A DNA stretch of 64,000 bases from Amoebophrya sp. A120. Lineage: Eukaryota; Protista; Dinoflagellata. Shown piece by piece: positions 50,901 to 62,314 of this stretch. Numbering within the stretch: the stretch's first letter is position 1; each line of letters begins with the position of its first letter. Where the stretch lies: contig CAJINV010000011.1 in assembly GCA_905178155.1 (NCBI GenBank), positions 3,375,077-3,439,076 of the forward strand, written 5' to 3'. The notes below the pieces were generated by a model. It saw only the letters and a program-made list of their open reading frames with translations, did no database searches and was not told where the DNA came from. The position numbers and the translations under genes were made by a program.

Positions 50901-51540
50901 CAAACGGCGAAAGACCAGTGTTGCAGCATCGAAATTACGGAGCGCATCTCGAGGGAAATCGCCAAAAGAGGACGCGGAGGAGAACAAAGACCCGTCTTCG
51001 GAGAAGAAAGAGACACCAATTGAGGCTGCGCAAATTCAGATCAACATCGTGCAGCCCCCTTCGAGCAGCAGTTCTGACTCCTGTGGCGTGCCCCAAGCCG
51101 CGGCGAATAGTGTGCCAGCGGGTATGCGCCGCGGCTCGGCGTTGCTAGGAGCCTCCGCCGCGGACCCGCGAACATCAAGTGCGCATTTGTCGCCCAGCGC
51201 GAGCAGCGCCGGCACGCCGAGCCAGACAAAGGAAAACAAGTTAGCAAGTACCGGAAAGGACGTGGTAACGAATGGAAAAGATGCCACTGCGCCTGCAGCT
51301 TCTAAAGGTGCTGTCGTATTAAAGGGCAAACAAGCACCAGCAGCCGGTCCACCTGCTCCCGCCGCCGCGACCGGAAAGAATGACACCGGACCCCCTGCTA
51401 CGGGAGCAAAAGCTGCGGTTGTTGCGCCCGGAACCAAAGGCGGCAAACCACCACCGGCGGCTGGAGGAAAGGGAGGGAAGCCTCCGCCGCCCGGTGCGAA
51501 GCCTTGGTGCCCGCCAGAAAAGCTTAGCACTGGGGACTAG
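41968..51540 (+). CDS. Formin paralog B (ankyrin repeats, FH1-like GKGAAPP repeats, FH2); 8 introners plus GT-AG introns 42066-42196 and ~48572-48742
   Basis: Collinear with paralog A (WLDCVCRN..GEWFAE; GYTVLHFVAE; FTILHLACQ; MRALWWTK; LCAGNYLNGGTDRGQAEG); start codon inferred from a phase-compatible first intron. Confidence 0.85.
43294..43550. mobile_element. Introner, family A; DR CGTAG/CGTGG
   Basis: TIR plus 4/5 DR. Confidence 0.85.
43582..43802. mobile_element. Introner, family F (opposite orientation to 35112); DR CGGAT
   Basis: Body is the reverse complement of 35112-35320; perfect DR. Confidence 0.9.
43964..44222. mobile_element. Introner, family B (opposite orientation to 8269); DR ACATG
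   Basis: ~40-bp TIR; perfect DR. Confidence 0.9.
44274..44537. mobile_element. Introner, family A; DR GAACA
   Basis: Body very similar to 2525-2774; perfect DR. Confidence 0.9.
47180..47720 (+). repeat. Coding tandem repeats (PPVPGGKGAAA / PPAKGAA) of the formin B FH1-like region
   Basis: Repeated gcaccgccggtacccggtgggaaaggc-type units; related repeats at ~38260-38520 in formin A. Confidence 0.85.
48007..48308. mobile_element. Introner, family A, with an internal ~45-bp extra segment; DR AGTTG
   Basis: Joins DKPKL-KLLTII; perfect DR. Confidence 0.9.
49018..49285. mobile_element. Introner, family A; DR TTTTG/CTTTG
   Basis: 3n length and stop-free; ORF 48755 reads through. Confidence 0.85.
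49616..49837. mobile_element. Introner, family D; DR AGTCG/AGCCC (degenerate)
   Basis: Related to 833-1051; removal with 5 bp gives ASES-VDEL, matching ESVDA in paralog A. Confidence 0.75.
50106..50361. mobile_element. Introner, family A; DR GAAGA
   Basis: TIR plus perfect DR. Confidence 0.9.
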
Positions 51541-52435
51541 TTTGTATGGTGTAAACAATTCAACATCCGAAACGATTTTGGTTTTGCGTATCGTGCACTG
51601 CGGCGCGAAAAAATGCTGATTGATGAATTTTTCAAATCCAATGATCACTTACTAGTATACTATACTGAATCTTTTGTATCTGAAAGTTACTTAGGACGTC
51701 CAAAACCAATCGAATACTTTTTCAGCGTTGGTGTAACAAAAGTTCGCAACGCCCCCCCAAAAATGTCTGAAGCTCTTCATCTAATTCACCGAACACTTTT
51801 GCAGAAACAACAGAAGCGTCCTCTATAGGCGCATACCAAATTAGAATAAAGATAAACATTGGTTGCCATAGAATGTAACAATAACTCTACTTCTAGCCGA
51901 TCGGGATGAAACTGAGGATGCCTAGGCCTCTACAACAACCATCAAAATGAATACCAATACAGTTTTGCGGCTTCTTGAAAATGAACATGAACAAAGAACC
52001 TCCAATAGAGGAAGTCTTCATGTCCTCTCCCTAAGATTGATTTTCAGCAAGAGCAACTCCAACGTGCGTGCACTCCTTATCGTTGTTGGACCTGAACCTC
52101 GTCGTGTGTTTGTCGTTGTAGAGGATGAAGCACCGAGCTCGGTGTTTTCGGCCTGCAAAATGATAGATGCTTAATGCCGGCCCCGGTCTTCGCATGATCC
52201 CGAGCCCGACTCTTGAGGCGACGGCTGAACAGATCAAGATCCGCAGGCCGCGCAGTTTTATTTTTCTTCGTGTGGCCTTGCTTGCTTCCTTTTATTTTTT
52301 TAGAAGCGGCTTTCTGTTTTTTCTCTTCGCTTACTATGAAACCGAACCTCGTCGGCGTCCTAATCAATAGTGCGCTGTATATTTCATTTTCTGCACTTAA
52401 TATGCAACATCAAAATAACTAAGGACTGACTGACA

Positions 52436-54696
52436 ATGGGCGAACAGCAAGCTCTCAATGAGGAAGCCCCAAGTGCCGCGAAGTCGGCGGCCCACGGCGA
52501 AGGCACGAGCGTGCCGTCTTCGGCTTTGAACAAGGCCTCCCTTCCAACAACCACTCCTGACGAAGACGAATCTTCCCTCTTCGAAGACCGAGAACGCGCG
52601 AGGAAAGGCCTCGCCCCCTCCGGCATCCTCCGCGTGGGGTTGAACCTGGCAAACAAACTTTTGACAAGCTCCATCGCGTCACAAACCGACAGCTGCACGC
52701 AGGCGGAAGGCGTTGCGCCGGAGCTGGCGGAGGAGCTCGCGAACGAGCTCGGCGTTCCGGTGCAGTTTGTCCCCTACCCATCCCCAAAAGCCTTGGCGGA
52801 GGACAGCACCAGCGAAAAGTGGGACATCGCGTTTCTAGGCAAAGACCCCAGTCGAGCAACCTCACTGGCTTTTTCCCTACCCTACGCCGACATCCCCTGC
52901 GCTTTTTTGGTAAAAAAGGAGTTGGCAGAGGAAGATAGCACAACTGCGTCGGCGGTACAACTTGAAAAAGTCGATAAACCCGGTTTTAAGATTGCTTCGT
53001 TCCGCGGCGCCTGTTACGATTTGTGGCTGCAGAGGAATTTGAAGCACGCGCAGTTGATCCAAGCCGACAGTTTCGACATGTCCGTCTTGTTGTTCGAAGA
53101 CGGCCGCGCCGACTGCGTTGCGGGCGTCGTGGGGCAGCTCTTGTCGAAGGAGAGCAGTGACTTCAAGCTTCTTCCTGGCCCGGCGTTCATGACCGTTCCG
53201 CAGGCGATCGCGGTCCCGGTGCAAAAGACGAAGGATTTATCGAGAATCATCCGGTTTCTTGACACCTTCGTCGCGAAACGGCTCGACGAAGCAAGTAGAA
53301 CTGGAGATGAACAGGAGGCGACCTGCAGTAGTACAACTATCGTAGACCTGTTGAAGAGGCATAAAGTGCACATCCGCTTGCTTCCCCACGAGCAGAAGCA
53401 GCTCGATCGCCTGCGCATCACGGTACTCGGGTGCGGCGCCATGGGCAGTATCTACGCAGCGCTACTCGCGTCCGCGGGCAACATCGTGACCGCGGTCGAT
53501 GTCTGGAAAGACCATGTGACGGCCATGCGAGAGAAGGGGTTGAAGGTCGAGGGCGCGAGCGGGGGACGGACGATACTGCTGAGTCAGGTGTCCACGGACG
53601 CAAGCGACATAGTCGGCGGGACCCAGGACCTCGTGATCATCGCCACCAAGGCGGCCCAAGTGCCCGCGGCGGTGAAGGCCGGCGCGCGATTGCTGCGTAC
53701 GGACGACCCGAAAGCGTGCATGTTGCTGATTCAAAACGGAATTGGGACGACCGAGGAAGGAATTTGCGAAATACTGGGTATAAATGTAGTTTTAGGTTTT
53801 TGGTTGAGTAGTTTGTTTCAGTTTCTTTAGCAGTTTTTCTATCAGCTTGACAGCACCTTCCGAATGTATGATATGGTGGGATCGCAGCATCCATGCATTG
53901 AAATTGAATAACCTTGTTCAACGCCGCAGGCCCCTCCGGTCCGAGGAAAATTCTTCTCGGTATCGCCAGCAACTTTGGCGCCTGCATGAAGGGACCGGGC
54001 CAGGCCGAACACAAATCAATGAACCTGATCGTGATGGGCGAAATGGCAAAACCAGACGAGGAGACACAAACAACTGCCACAGACCCCCTACTTTCCGCCC
54101 GCGTACAGCGAGTGCAGCAGGCTTGGAGTGATGCGGGCTTCACCACAAAAGGCTCAGCGGACATCCACGCGGACATCTGGGAAAAACTGATTTGCAACTG
54201 CGCCAACTCCGCCGTGTCCGCGGTGCTGGGTTTTACCGTCGGACAAATCCTCGACTGCCCGGAGGCCCGTAACCTGAGCCTGACGTGCGCAAAGGAAGCC
54301 GCGAAGGTGGCCACGGCGAAGGGCATCAAGCTAAAATGCGGCAATAGCGACGCCGAGATCGAGGCACACGTGCTGAAATTTGGATCCACTGTGAGACAAG
54401 CGCAGCCGTCGATGCTGCAGGACCATCTAGCGAAGCGGAAGTATTTTTGGCTTAGCGGATGCGTTGTTCTGATTCTGTTGTGGCCTTTCTCAGCTTTGAT
54501 TTTGCGTTTGTAAGTAACGAAAACCAAAGCACATATTTGTTCTTTTGGGCAAACAAACTTTTGAAACATGAAAACCAGGTGCGAAATCGGAGCAATCAAT
54601 GGGGCAATACCACTAGAGGCCGCAAAGGTTGGGTTGGAAGCACCGACGAACAAAATTTTGGCGGACATAATAGTCGCTCGGGAGTCTGCCTTTTGA
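52436..54696 (+). CDS. Fusion: type-2 periplasmic/ABC solute-binding domain plus 2-dehydropantoate 2-reductase (ApbA/PanE-like); GT-AG introns 53778-53929 and ~54441-54578
   Basis: APSGILRVGLN...GVAPELAEELANELGV...WDIAFL...AFSLPY (solute-binding fold) followed in the same ORF by ITVLGCGAMGSIYAALL, DLVIIATK, LIQNGIG, IWEKLICN and SMLQD...EIGAING (ketopantoate reductase motifs). Confidence 0.8.
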
Positions 54697-54799
54697 AACC
54701 CTAGACGCAGTTAACTTACGCCACCGCGATGTCGTAAATTACGATCAATGCAGCAGCAGCTGTAGAATGCCACTCCTAAATTTCATGAGGAGGCTCAAT

Positions 54800-56500
54800 G
54801 AAAATGAAAGTGTTCACGCGTTGGCGGTGCTCCGGCCTCACTGGTGTCGCACGAAGAAGGTGGGCGACCGCGTTGTTGTTTGATCGCGAGCCCATTATGC
54901 CCAGTATATCGGAGTGGAAGCACGGGCGGGCCGATTCCGTCAATGCCCAGCCGGGGGGGGGGGAACGTAGGGCCTAAATTGAAAGGCGCCCGCTCTCGCC
55001 AAGCGCCGTGCGCGTGTGTGCCTGCGCAGCCGGTTGGAACGAAGGGCGACGCCCGTTGTTTAGCGGCGGGTCTGCTTGGGGTTGCCGCCTTCGGCCGGAT
55101 CGGCGGCGGCACATAGTCCCGCAGAATGTCAACTACGCGACTTGCCACACGCTCGCCCCGGGCGTTTCGCAACGGGTTCGAGCGTCGTCGCGAAATTGAT
55201 TGGCGTCGCCCCTCATGGCTGCGCGGGCGCCTTCTTGGGCGGCGCCCGGGCCTTTGCCCGGGCCCAATGGCCTGGTGGCCGCAAATACACCGCCCGGGCA
55301 CCTTCAGACAGTTTTGCAAACCCCCGCCCGGGCCGCGCAGGACTTGTTTGCCGACGATTTCGCGGGGGCCCCGGATCAGATGGACGACCTGGCGCTTCTT
55401 TTTCGTGCAGAAGCGCAGGCGGCTGGCCCGCGGGGCGATGGTTGTCGCCGTGCTGCATACGCGGGGGGGACGGCCGCCGCCCGAGCGGGCCCGCTTTGTC
55501 GACGACGGGACCGAGTTCGCCCCGAACGTAGTCCGGCGGGTATTTCATAGACTTGCGCTCTTTGTAGAGCCAGTCTTTTTTCCCGTGCAGCTTAAGTTGG
55601 CCGGGGCGCTCTATGGAGTTAGTATGGGAAGCGAGGACCGACCCCACCCCACTACAGCGACGCGGGCGCCGGCGCCTTTAGGCTGGTGGTCTGCGGCCTA
55701 GATGCGGCGGGGAGCGGGCCCGACCGACGCGCGGGGGGCCCCCCCGCCCGGCCAAAGCGCGCGGCGGCGCGCGCGGGGGGCAGAATTTTGGCGCGCCTAG
55801 CGCCCCCCCGATGGATGTTGGGAGGGAAGCCGCGCCCGCCTCGCTTTTGCCCGTTAGGGGTTGCCCGGAGGTCGTGGCGCCGTGCATGTAGCGCGCAGAG
55901 GAAAGCTGCAGAGCCTGCCCGCAGCCCCTCTGGCGCGCGGGCGGCGCGGCCTCGCCCGGCGCGCAACTGCCAGTCATTCGCGTGCTATGTCCAACGTTGC
56001 CCGCCGCCGCGCAACCCACGGCCAGGCCGCTCGGAGCGTCGGGCCTCCATCTGCTTGCCCGCGCGCCCGCCCCACCCGCCCCGCGGGGCGGCTTTGTTTG
56101 CTTTCTGCGCCCGCCCCCCGACTTTGCCGGCGCGCTTGCGCAGGCGCCGCCCCTTCGGCGCAGCCAGGCCGCCGGCCCAGTTTGGGCCCGCCCCTCTTGT
56201 CGAGGCGGGGAGGCCCGCTGGCTCTCCGGCGGCGGCCCCGGGCATGTGAAAGGCCCCGAGGCGGCTTGCCGCGCATTGGGGCCCTGTAGCATATGCAGCC
56301 CGGCTTGATGTTTTTCGAAGCCCCGCGGGCTAGCCCATTCCTGCTCCGGCATTCCGTAGGGGGCTATGGTGCTCGCTGTTGGCGGCCTGGACCTGTCCTG
56401 AAGCGAGAGTGCGTGCGTGCGCTCGGTGTTGGTCAATCAAGCTCAGTGTTGGAGGTCGGATGGCGAATCTGCGGCCCTAGGGTCATTCATCGCCCGAAGG
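54800..56500. other. Very GC-rich intergenic island, probably a degenerate repeat or transposon remnant
   Basis: Abrupt compositional shift; many overlapping R/P/G/A-rich ORFs with no recognisable domain. Confidence 0.4.
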
Positions 56501-56789
56501 CCCATAGCCCTCTGCCGTTTTGTTTAGAAAGACTTATTGACTGACTTACTCATTTCGCGCCCTCGTTCGCGATCCTCTTCAACCGGTTGCGCTACAGGTC
56601 GTTCCGGACTACCAACCGTGCCTGCAGATTTGAATGCCGTTCGTTTTCGTCATTCATTGACAACTACGTGTCCCGCTAGCGTCATCGACATCTATGCCGC
56701 AGCTCCGTCGTTTCAGTTTTTCCACAGTTCCTGTTATCGTGTCAGAGATAGGTCAGCCTAGCAATAGTTTCGAATGAAACATTAACATG

Positions 56790-57538
56790 AATATTCGCAC
56801 TTTGTGCGGTCGACTATTGCGGAGCCACCTGCACGAAGATGCATCCGGAATGTAAAGGGTACGTCGAGCAAACGGCCACGTCGACCTGTGTGCTCTTCGG
56901 CCTTGTGTTATCCACAGTAAATTTCCCGTACACGACGTACAAATGCTGTCTACTCCCTTCAATCGTAGTCATACCCGTACATTTACAAAACTTTCCTTCA
57001 ATCTTAGTCAGCATGACAAGTCTTGAAGGAAGTTGTCGAAATTTGTCGTGCATTTTGTACATGTGCGGGAATTTTGTATAGCATATGTGTCAGGAAAGGT
57101 GGACTTGACCGCGGACGGCGGTAAGGACAAATTCCACAAATGGTGCGAAGACAAGTGCTATCAACTGCAAATACGTCTGGGTCTGGAAGATGGCAACTTG
57201 TCATGCTAGATCTGAATCATGCAAAAAATCTGTGTTGCATGATTACCAACAGCCGCCCTTTTTTACCAATTTGAGAGGGGATTTGATTTCTCATGCAGGA
57301 TAGGCATGATAAAGATCTCACAGAATTTACCATGCTAGGTACTGCATTCCAGACCTCATGGGTCATGTAACACCTGCATGACAAACCTTGCATTCATCCA
57401 GACATGTTTGCAATGCATAAGTGCCCTGCAACACTTACAACTGCACCAAGCGAGGGGGGAAGTCCAGCCTCCGCGGGCCGACTGAGCTGCATCAGTTTGT
57501 TGATGCTAGCCTTTTCGCTTCTTGTGGCTTGGAACTAA
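56790..57538 (+). CDS. Small Cys-rich PAN/apple-like protein with a C-terminal hydrophobic (GPI-like) tail; 2 introners; start not resolved
   Basis: DYCGATCTKMHPECKGYVEQTATSTCVLFGLV-SGKVDL...WCEDKC-PATLTTAPSEGGSPASAGRLSCISLLMLAFSLLVAWN*. Confidence 0.5.
56909..57085. mobile_element. Introner, singleton (imperfect TIR ..AAATTCCCG.ACA); DR TGTGT
   Basis: tgtgt|TAT...ATA|tgtgt; frame restored. Confidence 0.75.
57159..57419. mobile_element. Introner, family A; DR AGTGC
   Basis: Family A body; perfect DR. Confidence 0.9.
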
Positions 57539-59029
57539 TGGACGTGCCAGCAGAATATTCTGACTGGAGCATGGAACAAGAGGCTGCACGTAGTAGTGGT
57601 TCGGCTTCGAGATGAATGTGGACTCTGGCGGGGTTTGTGATACAGTGAACTTTAGGTCGTGCCACTTGAATCGCGCTTCTTTTGAAGCCACTAATAAAGA
57701 CCACAAATGTGTCTTTTTCCTCTGGTGAAATAGAGACGGAATTAGCCTTCGCCTCTGCTTACATCAGAAAGCAAGTCAAAAAATAAATGAATAAGCATGC
57801 TCCGGAATGCTGCGCGACCCGCTAAATTTCCTGCCACTGGATTGTATCGGCATGGAGAAGTGGCGCTGGCACGACTGCCAAAAGTTTTCGCCAATCCCGT
57901 GTCCGTTCAAGGCATATGGTAAAAATAAATGGAATGAAACTATGAAAATCGGTTAATTTCTTCAATTTCATCACATCTCTGTGTCCCACCCGATTCTCGG
58001 TTCTTTCTGAGAAAACTCTGTATTCACTGTGCGCCTTGTTGATATTTTGTCGGTACATATTAGGCTTGTGTCTTCCGCCACTGTTGACGAACTTATCTAC
58101 GTCTTGACGAAGAAGATGTGCAGCTCTGTGTCCACCTCGCAGTAGTTTTCGTTTGAGAAATCATACAGGTACTTCTCCTGGTATAATTGTCTGTCGCAGC
58201 AACGATGCGAGACGCAAAGAAGCCCCGTCGGTCTGAATCGTGTCAAAAGAACTTTTCGGTGCTATGTACTTATCTAATTTTTGTGCTAGCTTCGTGTACG
58301 TCCCTCTTTCTTGTCGGTGTATTGTATGTTCAAACAAGAAACTTCTGTTGCTGTCGTACGGTCGAGCGTGACTGCTTCGCGTACAAAAGCGCCTTCGTAC
58401 AAGAAAGTTTCTTACCGCACTAGTATTTCGTAATTTTCGTACACCTCGTCCGAAAGTATATTAGAAACACGTGGCGTCTGGAACACCGTCGGTAAAAAGT
58501 CGTGCTTTCACGTCCTCGTGCGCGCTACTGCTTCATTGTCGGTCCGTGCATGGTAGTCCTTCGGCTTTGATCTTCCTTCGTGCATCTGTGGACCACTTTT
58601 GCCGCTTTCACTTCGTACCGTGGCTTGATGCTCTGTGCGTTCTCGTAGAATTTATCGAAAATAAACCGAGAAAAATATGAAATGAAAGCATCTTTCCCCC
58701 ACCACCTCTTGCCTCCAGAGACAAATTTCCCGAAAGATATTTATGCAGAATTTCATTGACATGACTGAAGAAGCCCTACGAACGATTGATTGCACCATAA
58801 TTATCTGTTTTTGCGGCCGCGAGAGGCCGCGGAGACAAGTATGACTACGACATCGATCTATTCTATCATTCTTGATCGGTTGCTTCTTGTGTCAGCCACT
58901 TCCCAGTTGATCCAGCAGCAGCTTATCGACACGACGTAGCCGGCGCGAGACCACAACAGCTTCCTTTCACCGATCTTCGCAGAAAAGAAACGAAGACCAG
59001 ACTGCACTCGAGACTTTCTTACAGGAACT

Positions 59030-60972
59030 ATGACAGATCCATTCCGGCTCTACTTCAGAGACCAGTCCTCTGACGAGGAGGAAACGGACAGGCTTTTGTA
59101 CTTTTACGGCGACGAAAGTTCGAGCGACACCTCTAGTAGAAGTAGCTCCTCGGCAAATAGTACTAAAAACTCGAACGAGGTCCGCGTTGTCGAGAGGCCT
59201 GTGCAGATAAAAAACCAGGATGCCGGCGGGGAGAATCACGAGGCACACGATTCTTCGGCGCAAGACGTTGAGAGCTTGCCGAAGGGTACTACAAGTCTTC
59301 AGACAATAAGAACTCGGCGCGACCAGCGAGGTCAAGAGCCGGTACAACTTTTCGGCGGTCCCGCCCCCGCTGCGAGGAGGTCGGCGGCATCCGTCGACCA
59401 CCACCACCACCAGGAGGCAGGAGCTGCGTCAGGTGCCGCTACAACTTCTAGCGGGCATCATGATTCTGGGCATCATCATCATCACCATCATCATCACCAC
59501 CGTAGTGGCCACGGCACAGAAGCTGCGGCCAAGGAGGACGGCGGCGGCCTGTTGGCGTACTTTTTCAAGGCGGTGTACGTCGAGGGTAGCGGTAAAAACT
59601 ACGGGATCAGTGCCGGGGACGATGATGAAGAGTTTGGGCACCATGGTACCCACCACCATACGCACCACAGCGGAAGCAAGCATGAGGACAGCAAAGTCCA
59701 TTTGATGGCAAAAGGTTTGACGAAAAGCAAGAACAGCGAAAGCCTTGCGCCGGGGATGATCACAGACGGAAAGTCGCCCGGTGATAGAGGTGTGTGTTGC
59801 TGTCCGCTTGATCGCACACACCCCATAGGCGTATGCGGAATGGACAAGAGGCACTCGCCACCTTGGCACTTGAGGGTATAAATTTTGGAATTCGTTCTCT
59901 GTTTTCAGTTCATGTTTTGCTCATTCCTGTTTGCTTCATCTGCGATGATCATCTTCTTCTACTATCTTGCCTTACGTTTTCGTAGCGCGCGATATAACGC
60001 AGCGCGCATCCGTCACCGAAAAAACAAAAACTCCTCCCGTCAGGTATTTATGCCATGCTGCACGTACGTGAATTGGGCGGGCTGCGACGCAGTTGCCATA
60101 TTAATGTCCACCACCTGGTGGCTATCCTGAGTAAAAACGTACCCACACCAGAGTCAGGATGGGGATTTTGCGACACAAACCTAGGAGTTTTGTGAGTCAC
60201 GCATGACAAGTTGCACTCTGCAGTGTAGTGCAGGTTAGCAAGTGCAGCCGCGTCACAGATTCATCTGCTCATCCTGTTCACAGCATCACAAATTCCAAAA
60301 CACGATTGGAAATGGCTCTCATGCGGATGCGCATTACAAGTCTTCCTGTCTTTGCGACTGGTGTGGGTACGTTTTTACTCAGGATAGTGGCTGCTTTTTT
60401 GGCCTGTGTTTTACGTTACCTGCTGCTGGTATCAAATGTAAAAATGTCTGGGCCTGGAAGGTTACAAGGTTTGTCATGCATATTCTGCATGAGTCAGGAT
60501 GTCTGTAATGCATGATCTAGCATCACATATTTTTAGAGGCCTTCCTGATGCCTATTCCGCATGACAAATGCCCTCCACGCGTAGCACAAACCGGACTCCT
60601 CTTGCTGGTCATGCAATACAGAATTTTTTAGAGTCCAAAGTTAGCATCTTCACAAGTTCCAACCTTCCAGACCCAGACACTTTTGCAATCCATAGCTGGG
60701 AGCCGACGTCCTACAGTACGACAACGGACGCCGACGACTATCTTAATAGGGTAGGCGCCCCAGTACAGGCAGAAAATAAACAGAGCGCGAGCGTAGACGT
60801 AGCGGCCCTGCGGAACGTACCAACCATAGCCCCCCAGCACCGGAGCGGATCTGACGGTCAGAAGTTTCCGGACCGCGACCAAGCACACAGCGTTTACACA
60901 GGCATAATCAACGCGCCGCAGGCGGCGAACCCGGGTGGCAGTAACGGAGGTGGCAGTGCGGACAATGTTTGA
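59030..60972 (+). CDS. Hypothetical His-rich protein with a Cys-rich membrane segment; GT-AG intron 59876-60043 and 2 introners
   Basis: Poly-His tracts; joined exons give VFMPCCTYVNW...STTWWLLFWPVFYVTCCWEPTSY; stop at 60972. Confidence 0.6.
60123..60386. mobile_element. Introner, family G; perfect 29-bp TIR; DR GTGGC
   Basis: tatcctgagtaaaaacgtacccacaccag / ctggtgtgggtacgtttttactcaggata. Confidence 0.92.
60430..60694. mobile_element. Introner, family A (opposite orientation to 27281); DR GCTGG
   Basis: Body is the reverse complement of 27281-27542; perfect DR. Confidence 0.9.
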
Positions 60973-62314
60973 GCTCTCACAAGATGAACATAGTCCGTTG
61001 TGTTTGCATTGAACATCGAACATGATCATCAAACGCTGCGTCTTGCGTAATGACGGTAGCAAGATGATCAAGAAGAAAAAATTGTTCGTAGGATTTTTTC
61101 TGTCGCGATTTGAAATGAAGGCAGAAAGCAATCTTCGGAAAGAATGTGTGATAAAGTAATTGTCTCTAGAAGTACTCTTCAAGACGAATTCCAAGCGCAT
61201 ATATGAGGAAATTAACGAGTTTTGCTGCTTATGTATACCTAGCGGCATTTAAAACTTTTTACACTACTGACGGGAGTAGAGTCAAATCATCTCCTAGGCT
61301 ACCCAATCTCTTCTCAAAAAAATCTGTGGTTTTTTTTCCTTCCCCCAAACATGCCGATTCTCTTAATGCCACCAGCAGCAGCACAATTTTCGGGCTGATC
61401 TAGTAAAAAAATAGAAACTCGACGACTGGGCGCAAGACCAGTGGCATAGCAGGAGAAGGAGGATCGGCAATGTTTTTTCCATCGTGTATACAACTAAAGA
61501 AAAAGACGAACCTGCAAGAGGGGTCTTGTGCTGCTTGGCAGAGAAGCACAGGGCTCTTCGAACCGGGTTCTGCTGCACGAAATTAAACAGAAAAGCGCAG
61601 TTCTGTAGCATTTCCCACTTTTACTAACGTTCTCATTTTTTGTGCTTTACTAAGTACTTCTTTTCTATCTTTTGCTTATTTTCCGACAACTCTTTTGACG
61701 TGTAACTTTTCTCTCACAGCATTGAAAGCTCTTCCTCTTGAGCATGGAAATTAAAAAAAAAATCCCACCGAATTCTATCCGCCTCCCCGCGAGGCGTGGC
61801 GAATTTATTGTGTGTTACTCATCAACGCTCGGTCGTGATCTTCGTAAATAAACGATGCTCGTGACGGCTGCTGCTTGCAATTCGTATCTGGAAATGTCAG
61901 AAGAAAGATGAACAAGGTTCTAAAGTTCTGCAAGTAAAGTTAAACCAGCTGGATAAGAAGTAGAACTCGTAAGGTTGGTTGTGATCGTGGTCTCATTGAA
62001 TCGTCAACATCTCGTCAGCAGATGATTCGTGAACGAGATTCATCTTCGTTGCTCTTAAACCGAACTTGCTGTGCGGGTCGTATGCAAGGTTCGCCCTCCT
62101 GTTAGTTAGCCGTGGCTCCTTCGTAGAATGATGAAATATTTTCGTTGTCGTTGCAAACAAATCAGAAGTCGGACTGAGCAACCTTGATTGAAGATGCACC
62201 TAGAACCAATCAACACCTCATTCATTTTCTGTTTTTGCTCGCAGGGCGCGGTTTTTTTGTGGAAACAAATATTGGATTTGTTAGTTGCATAGCAAAGAAG
62301 GCCCTTTTCGAAAA

